Part shown: positions 46,201 to 54,853 of the stretch, piece after piece
How the letters are laid out: each line of letters begins with the position of its first letter
Numbering within the stretch: position 1 is the first letter of the stretch
Source: a virus
Strand: one strand, 5' to 3'
Virus record (IMG/VR): IMGVR_UViG_3300042197_001007
DNA: 64,000 nt
Translations under genes and position numbers: made by a program
Notes under the pieces: model-generated
What the model was told of the DNA's origin: nothing
Database searches by the model: none
What the model saw: only the letters and a program-made list of their open reading frames with translations

Positions 46201-49200
46201 TGATCTGCGATTAGATCTCTGTTTCTGGCAATTAGATAAGCACCATCTAGATAAGTTCCAGAAGCATTATTTGTGAGAACATCAACAAACAGATATGATA
46301 GTGTATTAATAGCAGATGCTACGTTAGCACATGCTGGTGATACCAAATCATCAATTACAGTTGGATCAAAGTAACGTGTGACTGAAGAATACTGTGGAGT
46401 GTAAATTGGATCAGAAGGAGCTCCATTTTTGGTTCTCCACTTTCTCATCGCATAGATTGCTAACTCTCTGGCATATTCAATAGCACGAACAGTTTGAATA
46501 ATCTCGTAATCTACAAGATCAATTTGCCCAGCAGAAATATATTTCTTTGCCGCATCAATTACATTGTAGTTACTTCCAAATTCCAAATCTCTACAAATAG
46601 CATTTAGGAAGTGACCGATGTCTCTGCGGCACTTAGCATCGCTTACTGGAATATTAAAGCTTGGATACGTCTTTTGAGTTGTTACTCCATTTATAACGCA
46701 ACTAACAACAATACCAGCAAGTCTTACGACACTATCCTCTACTAGAGAAGCAACTGGAATTGATGTTGTAATCGTTGCTTCTCCAGTAACAACATTATCA
46801 TATGTAAAACCAGTTATATTGTAAGCAGTTCCATTAAATGTTACTGTACCACCACTTACATAAGTATGTGCGAATGATGATGGTCCTAGATATATTTTAA
46901 ATTGAACACCACTAATTCCATATACAGGGAAATATTCTCTCTTAAATTGATCATTGATTTTTCTTACAACTTCATCAGCGATGAAGTCAATATTGTTTCT
47001 AATCTGTAAGCAAGCATCTTGGTATCTTCTTGCTACTGGAGTTGCGACTGGGAATTTGTTTGGTGAGTTTAGTAGAGATAGAGTAATTGATTTTGAATAT
47101 GATTTTACATTAGCAAACTGACCTGGATCAAAGTTTGAATCAAGAGTTACTGTAGTTTTCTTTGGAATGACAAATCTTCTCGCTCTACCATCAGCATCTT
47201 CAATAACTTTGTAAATTCTTTGTTTTCCATTTAGAAATGAAAGATCTGGTGATGATGTTGGAAGGTTTGAAATAAAGATTTCCTGACCTTCTTTAAAGTT
47301 ATGAGTATTTTGTCTTCCAACCAGAGCATTTGTATAGAATACAATACCACCAAGATCTTCTGGTGTTCCATAATCTCCAAAACCACCAGTAGCAACTTCT
47401 GGATCACCTTGTTTTGAGAAATCAATTCTTACAATTGGTAAAGCGGAAGTTACATCTTCATTTATGAATACTACTTCTCCTTCTGCTCTGATGGAAATAA
47501 TATCAGTTGAAATAAATTCGTATGCTGCTCTTAAAAATGTGAATACTGCGGTTCCATTCGTAACAGCACCAGTAGTATGAGATGGAGCAGAAGATGCTGA
47601 AGTACCAGCAGTTGTTATAGTATAAACATTATCACCAGTCCAAACCAACTGTCCTAATGTATAAGCAGTATTTGGAGCAAAACTTACCGAACCAATACCA
47701 CCATATTGGAATGTTTCACCCGCATTAAAGCTACCGCTAATAACAGTAAAATCAACAGTACCATTTACATAAGCACTAGCTCCAGTAGTTCTAGTAAATG
47801 TTACATCGGTCAAAAGACCAATAGCACCAGTATTAACACCTCTTACTCTTTGTCCAGCCGTTAATTGAGATAATCCAGTGTTAGTTTGATAGGTAGCACG
47901 GAATTTTTCTGGACCAAAAATTTGATGACCAACTGGGAAATCAACTCCATAATCACCATTTGCTGTTACATCAATCTCAATACGCTGTTTGTCATCAAAG
48001 ACCATCGCGTAATCCCAAGTGGCGACTGGATCACCATTAGAATCAACTTTATCTCTATATGTGACACCAGTTACGTAGTTTTTGTCTCCAAACTTAAAGA
48101 TGTGCTTACGTGGATTATTTGGTCTAATAATAACAAGACGTAAGTTATCACCAACAACTGAAGCATCTGGAGGAAGTGAAATTGGGTTGTCTTCTACATA
48201 ATCACCACCAGAAACAACAATTGTTTCCTTTACTCCTGGAGTTGTCCAAGCTAATTGTGCTGCTTTTTTGATAGTTCTAACTGGATTAACAGCAGAACGA
48301 CCATCATTTAAATCAGAACCAATTTGTTCTGAAACGTAAATGCGACCACCAACGTCATTTGTAGCAAGATTGAGAACGTATTCTGTAGTAGCAATTTTAT
48401 CTGACTTATCACCAAATGATGGAGTAATAGATCTTGGGAAAATTCCTGCTTGACCACCCTGATTGAAATATGGTCTATTTGAATCAACAGCTCTAATACC
48501 AATATGTTTTAACTGAACCTCTCCATTCAACTCAATTCCATCTGTATGTTGTGGAGGAGTTGATCCAAGAGTTCCAGTATTTAATGCTTGATAAACATTT
48601 GTATTATGATAACGATATTGATTTTGCTGTATGATAACTCCCGCAGCCCATGGAGTACCACCAGAGTTCAAGTATGTTTTTAAATTTGGTGCTCTAAACT
48701 GAGCATCTGGAGTAACAAAATTGTCAATATCAAGATTTAGAATTCTTGCCGTATCAGAAATGATAGAAGTGGATGTTCTGATAGCACCATTAATATCAAG
48801 TTCAAAATCAACAGTATCAAGAAAAGCAGTCGCAGCAGCTCCTTGTCCATTACCACCAGTAATAGTTACAGAAGGAGCAGATGTATATCCACGCCCAATA
48901 TTATCAACCAAGATTGCTACGACAGATCCATCACTAATTACAGCAGAAGCAAGAGCCTGTACTCCACCATTTGGAGGTGCCGATAAAGTAACTGTTGGTT
49001 GTAATGTGTATCCAGAACCTTGTGATGTTACAACAATTCTGTCAATTCTATTACCAGTTCTATTAATACCAATGCGAGGCAAAGTAGTTACTGAGTCAAG
49101 TTGTGCTCTTAGAACCTCTTTTTCATTAGATCCAGAACCAGAACGAATCGTTAATTCATTACTACCGATTAGAGAAGGATTAGTAGCTTTGATTTGTTCT

Positions 49201-49226
49201 CTATCGGAATTAAACTGAAAACTCAT
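40212..49226 (-). CDS. Giant modular tail fibre/virion protein, 3004 aa
   Basis: GSGY repeats, ATTEYV, LDADLLDG and KAGDTMTG fibre motifs; split beta-helix; two globin-like CRRD domains; late promoter ATAAATA at 49265-49271. Confidence 0.9.
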   Translation of the reverse strand: MSFQFNSDREQIKATNPSLIGSNELTIRSGSGSNEKEVLRAQLDSVTTLPRIGINRTGNRIDRIVVTSQGSGYTLQPTVTLSAPPNGGVQALASAVISDGSVVAILVDNIGRGYTSAPSVTITGGNGQGAAATAFLDTVDFELDINGAIRTSTSIISDTARILNLDIDNFVTPDAQFRAPNLKTYLNSGGTPWAAGVIIQQNQYRYHNTNVYQALNTGTLGSTPPQHTDGIELNGEVQLKHIGIRAVDSNRPYFNQGGQAGIFPRSITPSFGDKSDKIATTEYVLNLATNDVGGRIYVSEQIGSDLNDGRSAVNPVRTIKKAAQLAWTTPGVKETIVVSGGDYVEDNPISLPPDASVVGDNLRLVIIRPNNPRKHIFKFGDKNYVTGVTYRDKVDSNGDPVATWDYAMVFDDKQRIEIDVTANGDYGVDFPVGHQIFGPEKFRATYQTNTGLSQLTAGQRVRGVNTGAIGLLTDVTFTRTTGASAYVNGTVDFTVISGSFNAGETFQYGGIGSVSFAPNTAYTLGQLVWTGDNVYTITTAGTSASSAPSHTTGAVTNGTAVFTFLRAAYEFISTDIISIRAEGEVVFINEDVTSALPIVRIDFSKQGDPEVATGGFGDYGTPEDLGGIVFYTNALVGRQNTHNFKEGQEIFISNLPTSSPDLSFLNGKQRIYKVIEDADGRARRFVIPKKTTVTLDSNFDPGQFANVKSYSKSITLSLLNSPNKFPVATPVARRYQDACLQIRNNIDFIADEVVRKINDQFKREYFPVYGISGVQFKIYLGPSSFAHTYVSGGTVTFNGTAYNITGFTYDNVVTGEATITTSIPVASLVEDSVVRLAGIVVSCVINGVTTQKTYPSFNIPVSDAKCRRDIGHFLNAICRDLEFGSNYNVIDAAKKYISAGQIDLVDYEIIQTVRAIEYARELAIYAMRKWRTKNGAPSDPIYTPQYSSVTRYFDPTVIDDLVSPACANVASAINTLSYLFVDVLTNNASGTYLDGAYLIARNRDLIADQAYLATKTQYPSLGLSNLNESKCRRDINYIIDGLLRDLVLGGNAGIVTAAESYFTNTVLTGIPEAQRDETIYAFNQVRDLTIQAIRNWSGGTVATRTPTGATYNATTGVLTVTFPNPTTPVTTAHRLAFKEGALTFSCTSGSGGNLASPTPTDRNYGKSLTITNVSTAGGNTTVTVNVGDAGTASGATHTFVSALANGTIIIYNPVTSALTSPIPKYEDWNILLSSESPLCANVASSITTSFTLLEDILDGTIAPGATTKNFGTLYSTVGIVTYPDSTIYDADGVIYTPRSDYDDYPIIEASPYTQNASVISFLGGGGALIDGSKVKQPNCPFPGLELDGSATFPNQGKSMVAAAFTIVSFGGTGYRIINDGYVQLVSVFVIFCTDGVLAESGGYASITNSATNFGIFALRATGYNSFAYSFDVGTITNVSSTPTGRTIFTIDGLGREPLEHYVVKIDGYENVNPEIEYYIDTVGAVTVGPPFSAQVTIESGSGGPAEFKSIATGQAVSNSTLTGKTIRLRRPSIVNSSSHTWEFAGSGTNYNALPENGGVKIEAYEQVSENYGRTYVSGTDELGDFKVGTFARIENRTGNITFTGTVTISEVEFLKLKGGDVVVTGFDASNTLGGANSTDSKLPTQKAVRDYITNNLGPYINKPYSTNAVPRALVELTDSGKISIDQIPPLRPFSVFTVADQAARLAIEGALAGDIAIQQDTSASYILNNDNASLFVSFNVDPTLQFTANDVFTGSISGGKIQATEYRQGVVYQINITDPGSGYTSAPVITITGGTPQAGSVPASATCTIANGQVVTVTIQIFNGFRGGKGYTTPPTVTFSAPSGAGTQATGVALIESRLYGNIVNNIKITETDTIQSSDIPAETININRVVNTSASNNNNWVSLSTNQIAASDITSGVIATSRLANNSDAANSFTFLRGDQAYAPVVQSIKGAESRYFAKLFSQANSGSSQLLFTTNSNTLVGHEVVNNITGIQANTNISGVVTSAGITTVALNNPLTSTLAAGTIIEFRRGASPLVFESSFTQGGFVDNVVIASGGSGFTNGQYFDVPLSGGSGTGLRSNIIVTNGAVTEVTVTSSGTGYTADFNVSSAPAEIGGGSGLVLAAKINTVSRQYANTSLDIQRVTDLTISADEFGTIGVARFKKSQFLIGQSGNGSIVLKTGADSGLDADLLDGAQGSYYLNASNLNSGTVSVDRLSGTYNISISGQSGNTIRLLSNTTNPTSNPSPNAFSVGIVADTRNNSANGLSDGGTKNIVLSIRPGGSGFTVDGGVKQLAFTDNDNMWLRGSGTAVDTFGSWAKVWTSLNDGPGTGLDADRLDNRQGTWFQNAINMNFGTLSDNRLPSYQTRKDFQDTVRVLSFTGQPRYRIYIPDETLTASPFLPGLTVNLYNSLDQGTGVISITDVTVNNDTNDPFNNYTIITGTLTTGNFIGATSIGITSNKKAFRDFSIATLDSNADGIPDGSFVAATLESDGGTANLRLGRKDGQASSPGLYFNSSTLAATYNAAIVATGGNGSTSSGTLDVKVVNANGFTLNGNTIWNAGNVTFNSTNVVSTAVIRDASGNFAAGTITANLTGAASANVLKAGDTMTGSLTLTGAGSNLSVSGTLGVTGNTTLTANLIVDTNTLYVQSTDNLVGIGLVPSTAASTNSKLQVYGGTLGSTDESKLYLASFEAAVSNYSRLLIYNRKFNTTFTDWRSASTRIQQRIDVTDQAYIEFNPEGSEYGLALGTQNNESLRLIQTGEVGIRKTPSTGYNLDVSGKGRFSTSLEIRDASDNSGASMLFLGSSGFRNFRIGNQLVGNDIFEITPSTAAGGSTWATTPALAIQGSTSRVGLGTTTFSSTATGATVNYQLNVQGNININGTVYQNNLPFVTSRWTQSTNGTDIHRLSRVGIGVADPTWTLQVGGSGNNGLNIQGTNFSSGVNNSVLYANGDRQWLDSFGIFKSNRNNVSENVTIPNGANTLSSGSIVINSGVTVTVQTGGTWNIV

Positions 49227-49273
49227 TGTACTATCCAGCCTCTGCCGTAGGTTTTATTCTTTTCTATTTATCA

Positions 49274-49783
49274 TCAAGTCCAAGTGATGCTCACTACTTT
49301 CACATAAACGACCCACTTGATATTAATTGTTGTGCCTGCTCTTACTGTAGAATAACTATATCTGTTAGATGCCCCACTATCAAAAGGTTCTATTGTCCAA
49401 TTTTGACCTTCTGGAATACTATCTTTGATAATAGTGGTCATTGAAGATAACTCTTGAACTGCTCCAGCAGATCCTACCGAAACAGCACTCTCAATTTTTG
49501 ATGATAAGTGACCTCCACCAGTATCATTCACAGCAACAATATTTGCTGTGATAAAATTAATTGTATTTGATGGCAATATAATTTGAGAACCAACATCATC
49601 CAATGAAAGAACAGATGTATTAATTCCCCTTAAAACATAATAAGATGTTGAACTATCTTGATAAAAAGAATTCTTAATCTCTAAAGAATTCGCATTCTTG
49701 ATATCTTTTTTATCATTAACTAATGTGGTATTTCCAACAGAAAATCCACCAAATGAATCTAATGTTTGTAAATTTGATGCCAT
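49274..49783 (-). CDS. Virion structural protein (beta-rich), 169 aa
   Basis: Lies between two fibre genes; function inferred from position. Confidence 0.75.
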   Translation of the reverse strand: MASNLQTLDSFGGFSVGNTTLVNDKKDIKNANSLEIKNSFYQDSSTSYYVLRGINTSVLSLDDVGSQIILPSNTINFITANIVAVNDTGGGHLSSKIESAVSVGSAGAVQELSSMTTIIKDSIPEGQNWTIEPFDSGASNRYSYSTVRAGTTINIKWVVYVKVVSITWT

Positions 49784-49785
49784 TT

Positions 49786-52700
49786 TTACCTCTTGATGAT
49801 GTTACTGATAACAGTCACTTTTACTACATTTCCAGTGGATAGAGAAGTATTGAGTGTGAATGTAACACGAACGTTGTTGCTAGCGTTAAAATCAAAAACA
49901 CAAGAGATTAACTCAGCACCAGTCTTAACATTACCAAAATCGGTAAAGAATATATCAGTACCTTTATCTATAACAGAATATTCAATAAACTCTTTATCAC
50001 CTGTTGTTTCATTATGAGCAATAATTTGTACTTTGGAAGAAGTGTGTAATGCTGGATCATATAATACTGTATTTCCAGAATTAACAGTTCCACGAGTAAG
50101 AGTAACTTTTGTTGTTGATATTTTGTAATCAGCAATTTCTAATTCCTTGAGTTCATTATCAAATACTTTTACTCCATTATAAACACCTGTTCCAAATCCT
50201 AAGTTATAATAAATGTCACCGGTGTCTGATAATCTCAAAAGAGGATCATTTGTTAATCCACTGGAAAGTCCAAGATCTAAATTGTCTTTCGTTGTAGAGA
50301 TAAAAGTGCTGGTTAACGAAGATGTGTCAATAGAAGCTGCTGAACTATTGAATGTAATCAGTTGAGCATCTAGGTTTAGAGTATTTGACGTTACAGAAGT
50401 AATAGTATCAATTGTATCTAATTGAATATTATTTTCTGTAACTCTTAATGTGTTACTGCCGTTGTTGTAAAAATATAAAATGTTTTCATTGGAACCAGCA
50501 GAAAGTTCTGGAATAATATATGTGTTACCATCAACATCACGAACACCTCCAAGAGAAGACCAGTTAGTTCCGTCATAACCTTCATATTGAGAAATCGTTG
50601 TATTAAATCTAACTGAACCCTGTATTGGAGCTCCTCTTCCATTAGTATCTCCAACTGGGAGAACTAATGAAGTAGCAGCATCAATTGTTACTTTTTTACC
50701 TGTGTTTGGTCTAATTAGTAAATCATTTACTTTTGTGGAAATTACATTGGTTGATAGTGTCAATTCATCATTTACAACCAATGATGTTCCACCAAGAGGA
50801 GCAACTCTAAGTTCCGAAATTTCTTCAAATGTTAGTGGTGATACAGCAGAAACAAAAAATCTTAGTGTTGCTGTTCCATTAGTAAAATTAGTTCCAGTAG
50901 TACTTGTTGGCTCATTACCAGAAGTTCCCGTTGTTCCTCCAGTTATAACCTTATAAATGTTATTTCTGTATTTTAGATATTCACCAGTAGTGACAGGTGT
51001 GCTCGCATTCCAATTTACATAAGAAGGAGCAGATACATTTATAGATCTTACTTTCTTTACATTTACAAACTCTTGATATTCTGGTGTAAATTTAACTGTA
51101 TTGATGTTATCGTTATAAAACCATAATGTATTATCATTAGATCCTATTGTTAATTCTGCTGTAATATAAGTATTTCCATCTAGATCTCTCACACCTCCAA
51201 GAGAAGACCAAGAAGAAGTTGTACCACTATAACCTTCATATTGATTAGTATCAGTATTAAATCTAATAGCCCCACTTTCTGCTAAAGCAGATGGTCTTTG
51301 AGAAGTATTACCAGATGGAATTACAATCGCCGTTGAAGATGAAACTTTTGTTACTCTATTTGATGGTGGAGTTAGTGTTATATCTGTTCCAGCAGAAGTA
51401 GAAATAATTCCATCATTTATTGATAGTTTATCATTTATATTCAGAGTTCCTGTGGTTTTTATTTGACCAGTTGTAGTGATATTTCCAGTAATGTTTGCTA
51501 TTGACACAGCACCAATTGTAGTATCGGCACTTAAATTTAAAGAAGACGCAGAAACATTAATAGATCCAGATGTCCCTGAATTTATATTTGTTACAACCAA
51601 ATTTTCTGTTTCGATATCATCAGATAAGATATTTTCTGAAGTGATATCATCAATAATTGCTGAAGATCCAATGAAAGATTCTGCCGTTATAAATCCTGTG
51701 CTAACTTCTGCTTGAATAATATCTGTAGAATCAATTGATGTTGCTGTGGCAATAAAGTTAGATCCAAATATTTTTGGATTTACTGGATTTATTGTAATAA
51801 CTGCCTCATTTAAATCTTCTCCTCCTTCATCTTCGTGACCAGAAGTAGAGCAATAATAGTATAAAGTTGGCGTAGTTTCTGTTACCCTTATTCTAAGATA
51901 TGAAGAAGTTTTTTCTACTCCAGTGAGATATTCTACTCCTTTAAAATCTAAAATTGTAGATCCTGATACAGTAGGATTTTTATCTAAAATAATAGTTGTC
52001 GAATTTAAAACACTGCTTACTTTTGTTGAAGTTTCTAGAACACCAGATCCAGATCCAATTTGAGAAACAACTTCCATTCCTGGAAGAATACCAGTACTGT
52101 TAGTAACGATAATTTGATTTGATGAGGTGGATAACGTGGTTGATATATTTTGAATTAAACTAGGACTATTTGGACCATCTCTAAATTGACTTAGTGAAAA
52201 TCCATGTCCAGTTAAAGAAGGATCAGTTATATTAAATTGATATGTATCACCAACATACAAAGTCAAATCTGGAGTAATTATTCCATCTATAAAGAACCTT
52301 TCAATAAATTCTGCTGTACTGACGGTAAAACTAGTACTCTGTCCTTGTTTTATAATCGTATCTCCAGGAGAAAGACCAAGAGATCCATATATTTGTTCTA
52401 TAATTATGTAAGATAAATTGGAACCAGAAGTCTCTACAGCGTATATTTCTCCTAATATTGGCTGAGCTCCACCACCACCAGGAGTAAATTGAATATTATC
52501 ACCGACCTGAAAATAACTTGCCGAAATAGTTTGGACAAAAGTAATTTTTTGTACATTTGCTAATGTAACATTTTTTATTATTGGTTGTGTTAAATCTTCT
52601 GGATTTACTGTCAATTCATCATTAGTAGAATATCCATTTCCACCATCAAGTATTGAAATAAATTCAATAGCACCTAAAGATTGTATTGTATATTCAAAAT

Positions 52701-54651
52701 TTACTGTTGGATTTCCATATGGTTTTGTAAATGTTAGAACAACAGGTCCAGCTAAAGATGGTGATGGAGACAGAGTTATAGTATTTGTTGAAGAATCTAT
52801 AGCACTGACTGTAGTATTATTTGCTAATACTCCACTACCAGAAGTTTTTGTTACTATAGATCCAACAAGAATTCCACTGGTGGATGATACAACAATTTTA
52901 TCTAAATCTTCAACTGAACGGAAATTAAGAGTTGAGATACCAGAAGTTGAAGGATTTGCCGATAAAGTTATTTGAGTTAAACTATCTACTGATAATACTG
53001 TAGTTCCAGAAGAAATAAATCCTATATCTGTTATTCCAGTATTTGTTACTGTCATTCCAGCAATAATTCCAGTAGTATCGGGAAGAGCAACTATTGGAGA
53101 TGCCGAATCTAATGTTGCAGAAATTCCTGTCACTTCCCCTTTCAAATCTGAACTTATTCCAGTAATTGGAGTTCCAGAAATTGAAAGTGTATCATTTATA
53201 GCATAACCAGTTCCTTTGGTTACAAATTGTAAATTTCTTATTTTTCCTGGTTGACTGCTAATTCTATATTGAAATCCAGATCCAGATCCGCCAACAGAAG
53301 AATTATTAAATGATAAAGTATCATTGCTTAAGTAGTTTAATCCAATTGATTTTACTGTTACCGACTGAATAGTTCCATTAAAAGTAATAGAGTTTATTGT
53401 ATAAACAAATCCAGATCCATTGTTATCAATATCAATATCGCCAGGATAAATTTCTACAGTATCATTTACTTTGTATTTCTCTCCAGTAGAAGTAAAAGAT
53501 ACACTAGAAACAGATCCTGATGCTACTACAACAGTTCCTGTTAATGATTTACCATATCTTCCAGTTGTTCCACTTGAAATATTAATTATACCACCCATTC
53601 CATTATGAACAGAACAATCATATCTAATTGCTTCTGTTGGAGTAGATATATCAATTACCAAATAAACACATGCTCCAGCAGTTCCAGCAGTTCCTTTTGT
53701 AATAACTGTATAGTAATTTGAATTTAATGATCCACCAGAAGAAGTTTCAAAAATTAGAGGATGTCCAGAAACTGAAGGATCGGAAATATCAAATTTATAT
53801 GTATTTCCTTTTGAAAGAGTTAATGTTTGTTGTGTTGTTCCATTTATTCTATAAACTTGTGCTGGAGGAGGAGTTCCTGGATTGGTGATTGTGGTTACTG
53901 TGTAAGTTGTTGTCGGAACATTTAAAAATTGAATATTATTATATGTTCCATCAGTATAACCAGATCCAGCAGTAATAGTTCCAGTAATAGAAGATTCTCC
54001 AGTAATCACAATATCAGCTGTCGCTCCTGTACCGTTACCACCAGTTAATGGTACATCATAAAAAGTTCCTGGTGGATAACTAGTGCCAGCATTTAAAACA
54101 GAACCAGTAATACCATCTACAGTAAAAGAAATAGTGGATTGTGATCCAGAACCAGATGTAGTTGTTGGAATTACACTATAAGATCCTGGAGCATAATTTG
54201 ATCCTTGATTAGTTACAGACCCAGTAAAAGAACCAACAGTAATAGAAGCAATAGCTCCATCTCCAGTTCCACCAAGAAGAGATATATTTGTATAAATTCC
54301 TGGATCATAATTTGATCCAGAATTTGTCAATATCAATCCATTTGTAGTTAAAATCTTTTTTTGAATTATAATATCTTTATAAGAGGATAAAGATGTATCA
54401 GAAATATCAAATATTTTTTTTGAATTTGCTACAAATCCTAATGTGCTTATAGTTGGTTTATAAATTCCAAGCGATGGATCGGATACAAATGACAGAGATG
54501 GTACAGTACGTGTACCATCTCCAAGTTTTAAATTGCCAGTTGAAAGATCACTTCCGCCAGCGGTGATGCTAAAAAGAGTAGATCCTATCTGATTAATCTT
54601 TTGCCTTTGTTGCTCAAAGGTATCAGTTCTAGCGACTTGAATTGCTGGCAT
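49786..54651 (-). CDS. Large modular fibre/baseplate-associated protein with two cupredoxin-like domains, 1621 aa
   Basis: TDTFEQQRQKIN N-terminus, GSGY repeats, WSSLGGVRD.DGNTYI x2, YDCSVHNGM and YYYCSTSGH motifs. Confidence 0.88.
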   Translation of the reverse strand: MPAIQVARTDTFEQQRQKINQIGSTLFSITAGGSDLSTGNLKLGDGTRTVPSLSFVSDPSLGIYKPTISTLGFVANSKKIFDISDTSLSSYKDIIIQKKILTTNGLILTNSGSNYDPGIYTNISLLGGTGDGAIASITVGSFTGSVTNQGSNYAPGSYSVIPTTTSGSGSQSTISFTVDGITGSVLNAGTSYPPGTFYDVPLTGGNGTGATADIVITGESSITGTITAGSGYTDGTYNNIQFLNVPTTTYTVTTITNPGTPPPAQVYRINGTTQQTLTLSKGNTYKFDISDPSVSGHPLIFETSSGGSLNSNYYTVITKGTAGTAGACVYLVIDISTPTEAIRYDCSVHNGMGGIINISSGTTGRYGKSLTGTVVVASGSVSSVSFTSTGEKYKVNDTVEIYPGDIDIDNNGSGFVYTINSITFNGTIQSVTVKSIGLNYLSNDTLSFNNSSVGGSGSGFQYRISSQPGKIRNLQFVTKGTGYAINDTLSISGTPITGISSDLKGEVTGISATLDSASPIVALPDTTGIIAGMTVTNTGITDIGFISSGTTVLSVDSLTQITLSANPSTSGISTLNFRSVEDLDKIVVSSTSGILVGSIVTKTSGSGVLANNTTVSAIDSSTNTITLSPSPSLAGPVVLTFTKPYGNPTVNFEYTIQSLGAIEFISILDGGNGYSTNDELTVNPEDLTQPIIKNVTLANVQKITFVQTISASYFQVGDNIQFTPGGGGAQPILGEIYAVETSGSNLSYIIIEQIYGSLGLSPGDTIIKQGQSTSFTVSTAEFIERFFIDGIITPDLTLYVGDTYQFNITDPSLTGHGFSLSQFRDGPNSPSLIQNISTTLSTSSNQIIVTNSTGILPGMEVVSQIGSGSGVLETSTKVSSVLNSTTIILDKNPTVSGSTILDFKGVEYLTGVEKTSSYLRIRVTETTPTLYYYCSTSGHEDEGGEDLNEAVITINPVNPKIFGSNFIATATSIDSTDIIQAEVSTGFITAESFIGSSAIIDDITSENILSDDIETENLVVTNINSGTSGSINVSASSLNLSADTTIGAVSIANITGNITTTGQIKTTGTLNINDKLSINDGIISTSAGTDITLTPPSNRVTKVSSSTAIVIPSGNTSQRPSALAESGAIRFNTDTNQYEGYSGTTSSWSSLGGVRDLDGNTYITAELTIGSNDNTLWFYNDNINTVKFTPEYQEFVNVKKVRSINVSAPSYVNWNASTPVTTGEYLKYRNNIYKVITGGTTGTSGNEPTSTTGTNFTNGTATLRFFVSAVSPLTFEEISELRVAPLGGTSLVVNDELTLSTNVISTKVNDLLIRPNTGKKVTIDAATSLVLPVGDTNGRGAPIQGSVRFNTTISQYEGYDGTNWSSLGGVRDVDGNTYIIPELSAGSNENILYFYNNGSNTLRVTENNIQLDTIDTITSVTSNTLNLDAQLITFNSSAASIDTSSLTSTFISTTKDNLDLGLSSGLTNDPLLRLSDTGDIYYNLGFGTGVYNGVKVFDNELKELEIADYKISTTKVTLTRGTVNSGNTVLYDPALHTSSKVQIIAHNETTGDKEFIEYSVIDKGTDIFFTDFGNVKTGAELISCVFDFNASNNVRVTFTLNTSLSTGNVVKVTVISNIIKR

Positions 54652-54844
54652 TTTTGATTAACTCTCTAAGTAAAGTTTTGATCTCAGAAACTTCATTCTT
54701 CAACATATTTATGTCTTCTAATGCGGAACTGAGGTGTTTTGATTTACGTCTCGCATCAATCGCAGAATCGTCCAAATTTAAGATAGCACCAGTCTTTTCA
54801 TCTCTGACAAGACCATCATGACCAGAAACCTTTGTATAATTCAT
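54629..54844 (-). CDS. Small protein, 71 aa, with C-terminal coiled coil
   Basis: KVSGHDGLVRD..TGAILN; sits between baseplate and fibre genes. Confidence 0.8.
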   Translation of the reverse strand: MNYTKVSGHDGLVRDEKTGAILNLDDSAIDARRKSKHLSSALEDINMLKNEVSEIKTLLRELIKNASNSSR

Positions 54845-54853
54845 ATGCGGAAA

